Source: Calditrichaceae bacterium (GTDB lineage Bacteria; Calditrichota; Calditrichia; Calditrichales; JBFXGD01). Taken from it: a DNA stretch of 64,000 nucleotides. The stretch spans positions 27,294 to 91,293 of the forward strand of contig JBFXLE010000018.1 in assembly GCA_050173015.1 (NCBI GenBank). Direction: 5' to 3'. Position numbers and translations under genes: made by a program. A model generated the notes under the pieces. That model did no database searches. It was not told the DNA's origin and worked only from the letters and a program-made list of their open reading frames with translations. This document shows, one piece after another, positions 53,927-63,647 of the stretch; the first letter of the stretch is position 1; every line of letters begins with the position of its first letter.

Positions 53927-53980
53927 GAGATACTCCTGTCAATTCTAATTTTATTAACTAAGCCCGATATTAGCCCGTGA

Positions 53981-54009
53981 TTATTAGGTTATTGTTAGGA
54001 TTGTGTTAA
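53981..54009 (-). promoter_or_regulatory. Pho-box-like direct repeats upstream of pstS
   Basis: Minus strand TTAACAC-AATC-CTAACAA-TAAC-CTAATAA, three heptamers at 11-bp period. Confidence 0.65.
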
Positions 54010-54136
54010 TTTTGAGATTATTAACGAAAAATCAATAGAAATGAGTTTTGAAGAGTAGAAAAGAATGAAAAAAGATTTAAAATATGTAATCTCTTCGTTT
54101 TTTTTAAGAAGTCGTCCATTGCCCGGAGAATGCCGG

Positions 54137-55450
54137 TCACAGCGCTTCTTTCATTTCTCCCCCGAAACGGACCCCTATCTGTTTCATCAGCTTAAAGGGG
54201 GGCTCGCCCCCGGCGAAAATAAATACATAGGAATTAGCAAGCTCATCTTCTTTGCCGCCATCTTTTAGAATGACAGTTGATTCCTGAATACTGACAATTT
54301 CGGAGTTAAATTTAACATTGATTTTCCCGCTCTCTGTCATTTGCTGAAGTCTTTCTTCATTCCGCTTTTTTATCCTGAAAAATTTATCTTTTCTATAGGA
54401 TAACGTGACTGTGTTGCCTTCCTGGCTGGCCAATCCGATTGCCGCCTCGATCGCGCTGTCACCTCCGCCTACCACAATCAGGTTTTCGTTGGTATAGGCT
54501 TCCGCGTCGATTAATTTATACATTACCTTTGGAAGATTCTCCCCGGGGATATTTAATTTTCGTGGTGTGCCTCTTCGGCCGAGGGCAAGTATCACATAAC
54601 GGGAATGATAACTGTTTTCTATTGTTTTTATTATAAAACCATTACCGTTTTTTTCGATGTGTTCGAGTTTTTCTTTTGTATGAAGATTCAGATCGAATTT
54701 TGATTCGATTTCTTCCCAAATTTCCAGTAGCTCTTCTTTGGTATATTCAGGGTGTTTTAACCATCCGTACATGGGCAGTTCCACCGGTTTTGTCATCACT
54801 AATTTTTTACGGGGATAATGCAATATCGTCCCCCCCGCTCCCTGCTGATCGATGACCAGAAAGGATAAATTGTGCTTTTTGGCCGTCAGAGCCGCGCTCA
54901 GCCCGGCCGGTCCGGCGCCGACGATTATCAGGTCATGCATGGAATAGTCCGATCCGTGATGATCCATCTTTGAAGCAATGTGCTCGGCCACCTTTCGTCC
55001 CTGATTGATCGCGTTTCTTATCAAAGCCAGTCCGCCGAGTTCACCGGCGATATAGAGTCCTTCGATATTTGTTTCATTAAACTCCGTCATCACCGGGATG
55101 TCGTCACGGGATTTAATATCTCCCAGACCGACCTTGATAGCGCCCACCGGACAAGCTTCCTCACACAGACCATGACCAACACATTTCAGGCCGTTTATAA
55201 TCGTTGCCTTGCCGCTGACAATGCCAAGGACACTGCCCTCGGGACAGGCAGCGACACAGGATCCGCAGCCGATACATTTCCACTGGTCAATCTGGGGATA
55301 CTGAGCGACCGGTTTATCGGCCCCCAGGCGAACCGCTTCTTTTTTCCGGTATAAATCTTTCTTTTGTGTCTTCCTGAAACGGATATAGTACGGTAAAAAT
55401 ATTGCCAGACCTACGACCAGCGTCAGGGCGTATATTAAGATTGTTTCCAT
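54137..55450 (-). CDS. Membrane-anchored 2x[4Fe-4S] ferredoxin / FAD-NAD(P)H oxidoreductase (TrxB/YpdA-like fold)
   Basis: N-terminal TM; CIGCGSCVAACP and CVGHGLCEEACP; VGAGPAG; VVGGGDSA followed by SYRK. Confidence 0.85.
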   Translation of the reverse strand: METILIYALTLVVGLAIFLPYYIRFRKTQKKDLYRKKEAVRLGADKPVAQYPQIDQWKCIGCGSCVAACPEGSVLGIVSGKATIINGLKCVGHGLCEEACPVGAIKVGLGDIKSRDDIPVMTEFNETNIEGLYIAGELGGLALIRNAINQGRKVAEHIASKMDHHGSDYSMHDLIIVGAGPAGLSAALTAKKHNLSFLVIDQQGAGGTILHYPRKKLVMTKPVELPMYGWLKHPEYTKEELLEIWEEIESKFDLNLHTKEKLEHIEKNGNGFIIKTIENSYHSRYVILALGRRGTPRKLNIPGENLPKVMYKLIDAEAYTNENLIVVGGGDSAIEAAIGLASQEGNTVTLSYRKDKFFRIKKRNEERLQQMTESGKINVKFNSEIVSIQESTVILKDGGKEDELANSYVFIFAGGEPPFKLMKQIGVRFGGEMKEAL

Positions 55451-55505
55451 TTATTTGACTTCCTGAGATTGTCAAGTTGAAGACGATCGCTGTATGATAT
55501 CGATG

Positions 55506-57113
55506 TTAAAATCTAAAGCCGGCTTCGGCATTTACGCGATGGCCTCTTGTATCATCTCCCCAATCATATTCATACTGGGAAGATATAAAAAAATGTCTGG
55601 TTAATTCTATTTGTCCGTTGACTCTGAGCCATTGATTTAGGTAATTGCTGTTTGTCGCTTCCAGATTGTAAAAATAGTTCCCGTATGTGATGCCTGCAAT
55701 ATGTCCGGCGTTCATTGTCTTGCTAATCCTGATCGAAGGATTATATCCGCTTGTATAATAATTTGAAAAACCGGATAGATTTAGCTGAAGCAACATTCCG
55801 GAAAGAAAAAAATTCATCTTATTGAGTCCCGCTGAATACGAGTACGTATTCTCTGAATCATTTTCGCGGTTACGGATGCCGAATCCGGCGGATAACCGGT
55901 AATCATCCAAAAGTTTGATATGAATATTTGTTCTTATGCCCTGCCTGAAGGCATCATCAAAAAGGCTGTCCGCCATTGTGCGTAAATCGTAGGTATAATA
56001 ATTTTTGCGATTGTCATAGGATAATGAGGCATTCACCCCGTCGGAGAACCGGTACCGGCCTGATAGATATAAACCCGACAATGATAGATTTTCATTTGTC
56101 CGGTCCTTGCGCCAGTCGCGATTCAGATCAATTTCGGCGCTTTGATAGAATGACCATTTTTTCCCGGAAACATAATTATTCTGCAGGTAGAGAAATTCAC
56201 GGCTGACGGTGCTTCCATGATATTCCCCCGCCAGCGCCAGTGTCGATTCCAATCGCTTTGTGCTGTAATCTCCGGTAAGATACGTAAGATACCCGCCGTA
56301 TTTTTGGATGGATGTTTGAAAGTCTGAATACTGCCATTCGGGCTGGGTTCCCGCGAATACGCCGAGACTCAGATTTTTCAGCATATTGTACTGCAGCAAC
56401 AGCCCGTCAATATACCCCACACCGCTGAATTTATTTGATATGATTCGCCCTAATTTATAATTGATAACAGACGATTCATCATCGTATGAAAAAGACAGTT
56501 CATAAATCCGGTTGCGCCATTCTTCAGAGGGTACATGACTGTTGTAGCTTCGCTCCCTTTTATCATAACGGGTTCTGGTTTTTAGGATAAAATGATAGCT
56601 TTTACCCCAGAGTTGCCGCGCCTTCAAATTTACACGGAAAGTCGGTTGGCTGAAGTTCAGCCCGGCATCGGTTAAATCTTCAAAATGATACAACTGCATC
56701 GAGATGGTCCCGTGTACATTTGATCTGGAGCGTCTGCTGCTTTTGACGGGAAGTTGCGACAAGGCGCGCTGCCGGGATTTCAGGGTATCCTGAGCTGCTT
56801 CTGATATTTCGCCGCGGTCAGGCAAATGAACGATGTCTCCCGCTTTTACAGCGGAGGATGATTCAATAATCTTGCATGAAGATGAATGACCGGCCACAAA
56901 TACGATTTCCATTTCAGCGATGATTTTAGCTTGCCTGATCACGGACAGACGCATTCCGGCCGACAGGCCATCCGTTTCTCCGGCATCAATATATACATGA
57001 TCGGCGGACAGATATTTTACCTTCGCGGTCCGCTCTCCTGTCTGGGAAAATCCCATCCCAAATATCAGCAGGACGATAGTCATTAGTATATATTTAACGC
57101 TTCTGTTGTTCAT
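55506..57113 (-). CDS. Outer-membrane beta-barrel protein with a small N-terminal beta domain
   Basis: Signal peptide; VYIDAG..DGL..G N-domain; many aromatic alternating strands; C-terminal AEAGFRF. Confidence 0.75.
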   Translation of the reverse strand: MNNRSVKYILMTIVLLIFGMGFSQTGERTAKVKYLSADHVYIDAGETDGLSAGMRLSVIRQAKIIAEMEIVFVAGHSSSCKIIESSSAVKAGDIVHLPDRGEISEAAQDTLKSRQRALSQLPVKSSRRSRSNVHGTISMQLYHFEDLTDAGLNFSQPTFRVNLKARQLWGKSYHFILKTRTRYDKRERSYNSHVPSEEWRNRIYELSFSYDDESSVINYKLGRIISNKFSGVGYIDGLLLQYNMLKNLSLGVFAGTQPEWQYSDFQTSIQKYGGYLTYLTGDYSTKRLESTLALAGEYHGSTVSREFLYLQNNYVSGKKWSFYQSAEIDLNRDWRKDRTNENLSLSGLYLSGRYRFSDGVNASLSYDNRKNYYTYDLRTMADSLFDDAFRQGIRTNIHIKLLDDYRLSAGFGIRNRENDSENTYSYSAGLNKMNFFLSGMLLQLNLSGFSNYYTSGYNPSIRISKTMNAGHIAGITYGNYFYNLEATNSNYLNQWLRVNGQIELTRHFFISSQYEYDWGDDTRGHRVNAEAGFRF

Positions 57114-57122
57114 ATACTTTCC

Positions 57123-58592
57123 TTACTCCGCGCGGCCTGTCGGATGACAGTTGTAACAGGCGTTACTTTCATAGGCATAATCCGTGACTTCTTTGTGTTT
57201 ATCGTTCAGATCAGCCTGATTGCTGTGTTCATGACAGGTGATGCACTCAAAATGTGTGTAATCATTGGCATTAACATGACAATCCGCGCAAGTATTCCAT
57301 TCATTCTGATGTTTCCCGCTATAAATGGGGAAATACTGACCGTCATGATCCCAGTTTGCAGGCTGCCACGCGCTCATCGAATGACAATCTTCACAGGTTG
57401 AAGGAAATTGGGCCGCGGCATGATTGGGATCATTTGTATTGTTATAAGCGCTCTCATGACAAGGGAAGCAGTCTGTGGGCGTATTTGTATAACCGGTGGA
57501 ATGACATTCCGCGCAATTTACGCTCACATGCGCTCCCACTAATGGGAAATTCGTCTGATTATGATCAAAGGAAGAAGGCGTCCAGGCCGTTGTTGAATGG
57601 CAGACCAGGCAGTCATGATCAAAATTAGCGGCGACATGATCAGGATCTTTTACTCCATTAAAATCCGCTTGGTGACAGGAAAAACAGTCCGTGGGCAACA
57701 TAGAATACTGCCCGTCGATGTGACAATCAACGCATGCTAATGACGCATGGGCGCCGGTCAAAGGGAATCCGCTTGAAGCATGATCAAAATACGCCGGAAT
57801 CCACGCGGACTCCGTATGGCAAATGCTGCACTCGGTGGAAAACTGTCCCTGAGTATGATCCGGCTCTTTTGCCGCATAGTAATCCGATTCATGACAGGCA
57901 AAACAGGTATTATTGATTCCACTGAACTGGGTCTGATGACAACTGTTACAATCAGCTCTAAGATGCGCGCCCCGCAGCGGGAATTCAGAAGTATGCTGAT
58001 AATTTGTCCGCTCCCATGAGGAGGAATTGAGCAAATGGCACTCTTCACACCGGTCATCAAACTGAGCTTTTCGATGATCCGGATTCAGGGTTGCCTTGAA
58101 AAGTTCACCGTGACAATTTTCGCATTCAATCGGGGTATTGGAAAATTCGTTACGCTGTTCCGTAAAATGGCAAGCCCTGCAATCCACGATGGAGTGAACG
58201 CCTACCAGCGGGAACCGGGTTTGATTGTGCTGCTGAAAAAGTTCCTGACGATTTTCCCACGACTGCGGGGAATGACAGTTCTCGCAATCGGATCCGAATT
58301 CGGCTTTATGGATATCCTGATGGCAATCGGCGCAGGCGTGACCGATATGCGCGAAAACAGGATTTTCATGACAACTTTCGCAATCGACGTACCGGTGCGC
58401 TCCGGTTAAGGGATATCCCGTTTGATTATGATCAAAATCCTTACCCGGATGAATATCAAACCAATCCGATGTGTTATGACAGGTTGTACAATCCAATTTG
58501 ATATCCCCATGAGGATTGCTCAAAGTCTCCTGACCGTAAACCCGCGGCAAAATCAGTAAACTCGCGATGGCTGTAATGATGAATGCTCTCAT
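57123..58592 (-). CDS. Multiheme c-type cytochrome, 19 CxxCH motifs
   Basis: Signal peptide; 19 CxxCH counted by eye; repeated triheme unit FDH..T.FPL.GAH. Confidence 0.93.
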   Translation of the reverse strand: MRAFIITAIASLLILPRVYGQETLSNPHGDIKLDCTTCHNTSDWFDIHPGKDFDHNQTGYPLTGAHRYVDCESCHENPVFAHIGHACADCHQDIHKAEFGSDCENCHSPQSWENRQELFQQHNQTRFPLVGVHSIVDCRACHFTEQRNEFSNTPIECENCHGELFKATLNPDHRKAQFDDRCEECHLLNSSSWERTNYQHTSEFPLRGAHLRADCNSCHQTQFSGINNTCFACHESDYYAAKEPDHTQGQFSTECSICHTESAWIPAYFDHASSGFPLTGAHASLACVDCHIDGQYSMLPTDCFSCHQADFNGVKDPDHVAANFDHDCLVCHSTTAWTPSSFDHNQTNFPLVGAHVSVNCAECHSTGYTNTPTDCFPCHESAYNNTNDPNHAAAQFPSTCEDCHSMSAWQPANWDHDGQYFPIYSGKHQNEWNTCADCHVNANDYTHFECITCHEHSNQADLNDKHKEVTDYAYESNACYNCHPTGRAE

Positions 58593-58600
58593 AGGCACCT

Positions 58601-60280
58601 TCAGTTATTACTAATGATATTGGCGTGACAGGATTTGCATTCTGTCGACATTGGTTTGTAAACAGTGAATGTAGTCTCATTTTTGACTGCATTTTTATGG
58701 CATTGTTCGCATCTGACCCTTTGATGCGCCCCATCCAGTTTGAACACAGAATCCCGGTTATGATCAAATTTTTCCGCCAGCCAGTCTTTTGAAGTATGAC
58801 AGCGTTCGCAGCGGATTCCGTCCGGCGCCCCGGCTTCCTGAAATTGTCCCAGATGAATATCCGTATGACAGTCTCTACAAAGCGGAGTCATCCCCAAAAA
58901 CTGAAGCCGCTCCAGCTCCGTACCTTTCCGGATGGGCCGGTGGCAGTCCCCGCATTTCGCGGAAAGGTGACGTCCTTCAAGCGGAAATTTGGTGGCCTGA
59001 TGATCAAAACTAACCCGAGTCCAGCTATCGACGCTGTGACAATGTTCACACCCGTCCATATTGGTAAGAGATGATTTTTTACCAAGATAATTATCAACCT
59101 CGCCCTTGTGAGGATCTTTGTGACATTCTACGCATCTGTCTGATTGATAGGTGAAACGGACGTTCCCTTTTCCGTTTGACAGGACGATTTTTTCATGACA
59201 TGCCACACATGGCACCGCCAAATGGCTGCCCGTCAACGGGTAATCGGTTAAGCGATGCTGTTCGATGGTAAATGATGAAGGGCTGAAACCGTTGACCGTA
59301 TGACATTCTTCACATGCCCCCTTCATTACTCTGCTGGCAAAATTGCCGTTATGGTAATCACTGTGACAGTCCGTACAATTTTGAAAACGGCTAATTCGGA
59401 CCGACCGGCCCGGCGGATGACATTGGCTGCACTGTACATTCGCGTGTTTTCCGAGAAGAGGATAGGCGGTTTTACCGTGATCAAATCCGGTGAGTTCTGT
59501 GCTTTTCCACCCGGCTGTATTATGACATTGTGTGCAGTTCTGCCCGAATTTGTTCCGGTGAATATCCGCATGACAGTCCGTGCAGGTATTAAACGTCAAT
59601 GGGGCGAACTTTAGAAAATCAGGATCATCCGGATACTTGTTATCTGTGATCGTCACGTGACATTTATCGCAGGCAGTCTGCGCGTGGAGACCGGTTAATT
59701 TAAATTTTGTTTTATTGTGATCAAACTGTGTCGCGGGTTTCCACGATTCCATTCCGTGGCATTTAACGCATGATTCGCCGATCTGCCCGCGGTGCTCGTC
59801 ATGGTGACAGCTTACACAATCCCGGTTCAATCCAAGAAAGGTCTGTTTGAGATCCTTACCTTTGCTCTTATATTTTTCAGGGGTTTGAATATAACTCTCC
59901 CTGTGACACTTTTCGCAGCTTAAAGTTGCATGCTTCCCTTCAAGCGGGTAACCGGTTAATGAATGATCGAACTTATCTTTTCCGTCTTTCCAGTAAATCA
60001 GATCGTAATCCCGTCCCTGGTGCTCAATATGGCAATTTTCACATTTTCGGTAATCTTTCCCGGCATGGAGTCCTTTTCCCTCGGAAATTCTTTCCTTCAA
60101 CAATACATGACAATTAAGACAATAATCACCGGAGAGCTGTTGACCTATTTCATGACATTGGGTGCAATTCATCACCCCTTCAAGATGGGCATGCGATTTA
60201 TGCAGATCTCCCGGGGATAGCTGAGCGAAAACCGATACCGCAAATAGGAGCGGAAACCAAAAATATAAGATTCGATTCAT
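58601..60280 (-). CDS. Multiheme c-type cytochrome, 20 CxxCH motifs
   Basis: Signal peptide (VFA/QLSPG); 20 CxxCH counted by eye; repeated triheme units. Confidence 0.93.
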   Translation of the reverse strand: MNRILYFWFPLLFAVSVFAQLSPGDLHKSHAHLEGVMNCTQCHEIGQQLSGDYCLNCHVLLKERISEGKGLHAGKDYRKCENCHIEHQGRDYDLIYWKDGKDKFDHSLTGYPLEGKHATLSCEKCHRESYIQTPEKYKSKGKDLKQTFLGLNRDCVSCHHDEHRGQIGESCVKCHGMESWKPATQFDHNKTKFKLTGLHAQTACDKCHVTITDNKYPDDPDFLKFAPLTFNTCTDCHADIHRNKFGQNCTQCHNTAGWKSTELTGFDHGKTAYPLLGKHANVQCSQCHPPGRSVRISRFQNCTDCHSDYHNGNFASRVMKGACEECHTVNGFSPSSFTIEQHRLTDYPLTGSHLAVPCVACHEKIVLSNGKGNVRFTYQSDRCVECHKDPHKGEVDNYLGKKSSLTNMDGCEHCHSVDSWTRVSFDHQATKFPLEGRHLSAKCGDCHRPIRKGTELERLQFLGMTPLCRDCHTDIHLGQFQEAGAPDGIRCERCHTSKDWLAEKFDHNRDSVFKLDGAHQRVRCEQCHKNAVKNETTFTVYKPMSTECKSCHANIISNN

Positions 60281-60318
60281 AGATTGCCTGTTTTTTATAC
60301 TTTTATTTTATTCAGAAA

Positions 60319-61239
60319 TCAGAAGATCCATCGATAGCCGAGGAGAACCGTTACAATGATATGGATAATCATAATCAGATACATGATGATAGCGAATGGT
60401 TTATGAAACACATGCCAGTGGTGGAACAATTTATGTGTGCTGCTCCAAAGTTTCAGACGATGTCTGATCATGGCTTTCTGCCGGGCAGCTTTTAATATGG
60501 GATTTAGCTGATTACCGGGGATGTTGAATTTTTTGCGCACTGCGCGCTTGATAAAAATTGAGCGGACTGACCGCGCAATATCGCCGGTTATCATGGAAAA
60601 CAGTGTCCCGATTGCCGTTTTATGTGATTTTTCTCTGCCGATGATCAACGTTTCAATCTCGCTGAGAGCGTCATCTTCCAGCCAGAATTCATTTCTGAGC
60701 CTTTCGGTCATCTGCCGGTCCATTTCTTCGGCTTCGCTTAGCGTAAGCTCATGTCCTTTGATATTTCTCGGAATTTGCAAATACAGATAACGACCGACAA
60801 TGCCGCTCAGTGATACCGCGATCATGGACCAAAAACTGACGGCCACGAGACCGTTCAGCTTAAATGTGGTATGCAGGATAATAAACAGGGGCCCCATTAA
60901 TCCAAAATAGATATGGATGTCCAGCCAGCGGCTTAGTGAACCCCACTTTGAAAATGCCCTGAATCGTTTTCGAACCGAATACAGCAGCATTAAAATCATC
61001 ATGGATGAACCCAGGATACCGAAACCGTGCCCCAGCAATCCGCCCGGCTTCAGAGTACGGTAGTCCGCATGACGCGGCCTGTCGGCATATGACAACAAAT
61101 AATAATTTAATCCGTCCATTAAATAATAAATAACCACCGCAAAGGTTGTGATGTAAAGAAACGCGAGAAATATTCTAAAGGCTTTGCCCTGCTGCTGAGT
61201 TATATTTTTCCTGGTCTGAATTGTCATTATCCTGCTCAT
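60319..61239 (-). CDS. His-rich integral membrane protein (possible heme-b, ferric-reductase-like TM subunit)
   Basis: About 5 TM segments; GHGFG, YSVRKR, WLDIHIY, ILHT, WHVFHKP, IIHI. Confidence 0.75.
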   Translation of the reverse strand: MSRIMTIQTRKNITQQQGKAFRIFLAFLYITTFAVVIYYLMDGLNYYLLSYADRPRHADYRTLKPGGLLGHGFGILGSSMMILMLLYSVRKRFRAFSKWGSLSRWLDIHIYFGLMGPLFIILHTTFKLNGLVAVSFWSMIAVSLSGIVGRYLYLQIPRNIKGHELTLSEAEEMDRQMTERLRNEFWLEDDALSEIETLIIGREKSHKTAIGTLFSMITGDIARSVRSIFIKRAVRKKFNIPGNQLNPILKAARQKAMIRHRLKLWSSTHKLFHHWHVFHKPFAIIMYLIMIIHIIVTVLLGYRWIF

Positions 61240-61544
61240 CTATTTGAATACAGTTTCCGTATTTTGATTGCAACAACCGTGCTAAGAACAAAAATTAATA
61301 ATCAGGTGAACAATGTTATTCGTTTATCCCCTACCGGTTAATAGAATATATATAGATTTGATAATTCATACAAATGCGCTACAAAAAAAATCGATCAAAG
61401 ACCGTTATTGGATTTAAACAATAATTCCCCCGGTTCATACAAATGCTTAAAAATCGGGATTACCTTAAAAGTGAAAAAAAATTACTCACATTTACAAAAA
61501 AACTCACGGATCATGAGTGATCCTTATCTGCCGGAATTTTGTTT

Positions 61545-62204
61545 TTATTTTTTGTGCCGAAGCGCGTCCTCCGCCATTTTTCCCCATTTTGATTTGGGCG
61601 CGGCATCGACGGCGAGTTTAAAATTACTTTCGGTTTCTTCCTTTTTATCCTCTTTTTCAAAAGCCCGGGCATAATGGTAATACACCAACGCTTTCATCTC
61701 ACCTGGCGCGGATTGAAATGATTCACCGTCAATAATAAATTGGAAATCAATAAAGCAAAATTTCCTGCGTCCGAGAAAGCCGGGCAGATTTAAACTGTTC
61801 ATGGCCCTGACGAGACGAACGTCCGGGTCGGCAGGAGCCAAAGCAACCGCGCTGTCCATGATCGCTGTGCCTTTTTTGACATGTTTGATTTTATTCCACG
61901 GCATTTTGGAATCTCTTCCGTACAGGGAATGGACGCTGCCAAGATAAGCCATCGCCAGAGCATTTGAAGGACTGACCTCCAGAATTTTTGTCAGATATTG
62001 TTCACTTTTCTTCACTGCGTCCTTATCGCCATCTACACCCTGATCATGATAGATGACGGCTAATTTCAGCATGGTTTCTGAATCATGGGGATTGTTTTTT
62101 AAAATAGTTTTCAACGAATCTTCTTCATATTGAGCGTGACCGGAATGAACTGACATAACCAGGATACCGAAAAGAAGAATTAATGGCAGATTAAACTTAT
62201 ACAT
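61545..62204 (-). CDS. Exported TPR-repeat protein
   Basis: Signal peptide; helical repeats such as PSNALAMAYLGS and PDVRLVRA. Confidence 0.75.
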   Translation of the reverse strand: MYKFNLPLILLFGILVMSVHSGHAQYEEDSLKTILKNNPHDSETMLKLAVIYHDQGVDGDKDAVKKSEQYLTKILEVSPSNALAMAYLGSVHSLYGRDSKMPWNKIKHVKKGTAIMDSAVALAPADPDVRLVRAMNSLNLPGFLGRRKFCFIDFQFIIDGESFQSAPGEMKALVYYHYARAFEKEDKKEETESNFKLAVDAAPKSKWGKMAEDALRHKK

Positions 62205-62484
62205 ACTTTTTTATCCCATAAATTTACTTACTATTTTTAATTAAGAATATAAATTGAACCAAAAATAACCCACATTCATTCCGTTACAGTAAATATTGTC
62301 CGGTCTTAGCAAACTTAATTTTTTGGCGAAGATATAAATTCGTCGAATTTTGTTTTGATGATTAAAAAAATTTGTTATGTTTGAATAGATCACGAATAAT
62401 GACCGGAGATCGTATCCGTCGGTAATAAATTTTAATAAACAGTAATTATTTAAATCAATGGACTAAATTTTCAGGAATGAAAAA

Positions 62485-63570
62485 ATGCCACTTGTACCTG
62501 AACACATTAAAACGCTCGAACCGTATAAGGCGGGAAAATCGATTGAAGAGCTGAAAAGTGAATTAAAACTTAAGCGCATCGTAAAACTGGCTTCGAATGA
62601 AAATCCGCTCGGATCTTCCCGGAACGCTGTACAGTCGATGATCGATTCACTCCAAAACATTCACCGTTACCCCAATCCGGCCAGTTATGAAATGCGTAAG
62701 GCGCTGGCGGACCGTTTTGATGTAAAGGTTGAAAATGTCATTACCGGGCATGGTTCGGAAGGGATCATGTCGGTGATTATGCGAACGTTCTTCCTCGACG
62801 ATGAAGAGGCGCTCACTTCCGAGGGAACATTTATCGGTTTTCGGGTGCTCGCCCATTCCCGCGGCATCAGGCTCAGAACCGTGCCCTTGAAGGATTACAA
62901 ATTCGATTTAAACGCGATCGCGGAACAGATTACGGATAAAACAAAGATCATTTATCTCGCGAATCCCAATAATCCGACCGGCACGATTTTCACGGTCCGC
63001 GAATTTTTGGAATTTATAAAAAAGGTGCCGGAACATGTTCTGATTATACTCGACGAAGCCTATTTTGAATTCGCCCAGCATGACCCGGTATATCCCGATT
63101 CCATGAAATACCGGCTCGACAACGTGATCACCTTACGAACCTTTTCCAAAGCGTTCGGTCTGGCGGGAATCCGTATCGGCTACGGCTTTGCCCATGACCA
63201 TCTTATCAGCAACCTGATGAAGGTTAAATTACCGTTCGAACCCAGCGTTCCCGCGCAGGCGGCCGGATTAGCCGCCATGAATGATGAAGAATTTCTGGAG
63301 AAGTATCTCAAATTAAATTATCGCGGATTACAATATTTTTATCATTTGTTTGACCGGCTTGGCATTCGCTATATAAAATCGCATGCCAATTTTGTCACGA
63401 TCATCATGGACTCAGAAGACCGGGTCAACAAGTTAAATGAAAAACTGCTTCATCAGGGCGTGATTGTCAGGCCGCTGAAAGCGTTTGGTTTGCCAAACTG
63501 CATCCGGATCACCACCGGTCTTGATGATGAAAACGAATTTTTTGCCAAAGCGCTGGAAAGAGTGTTGTAA
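62485..63570 (+). CDS. hisC: Histidinol-phosphate aminotransferase
   Basis: KLASNENPLG, NPNNPTG, DEAYFEF, RTFSKAFGLAGIRIGY. Confidence 0.94.
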   Translation: MPLVPEHIKTLEPYKAGKSIEELKSELKLKRIVKLASNENPLGSSRNAVQSMIDSLQNIHRYPNPASYEMRKALADRFDVKVENVITGHGSEGIMSVIMRTFFLDDEEALTSEGTFIGFRVLAHSRGIRLRTVPLKDYKFDLNAIAEQITDKTKIIYLANPNNPTGTIFTVREFLEFIKKVPEHVLIILDEAYFEFAQHDPVYPDSMKYRLDNVITLRTFSKAFGLAGIRIGYGFAHDHLISNLMKVKLPFEPSVPAQAAGLAAMNDEEFLEKYLKLNYRGLQYFYHLFDRLGIRYIKSHANFVTIIMDSEDRVNKLNEKLLHQGVIVRPLKAFGLPNCIRITTGLDDENEFFAKALERVL

Positions 63571-63581
63571 GTTTAATACCG

Positions 63582-63621
63582 ACCCGGGCTATGCCCCAAC
63601 ATAACCCGGGTTTATTTTTTT
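63582..63621 (+). terminator. Intrinsic terminator after hisC
   Basis: ACCCGGGCTATG...CATAACCCGGGT plus T-rich tail. Confidence 0.75.
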
Positions 63622-63647
63622 ACATTCATAGGCATCACCTATCCTAA

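Noticed and set aside
57144-60220. Many plus-strand ORFs rich in MT/MA opposite the cytochromes
   Set aside because: They are antisense artefacts of repeated TGY-CAY (Cys-His) codons.
61277-61285. CIRCE half-site (TTAGCAC) upstream of the multiheme operon
   Set aside because: There is no second inverted half-site at 9-bp spacing.
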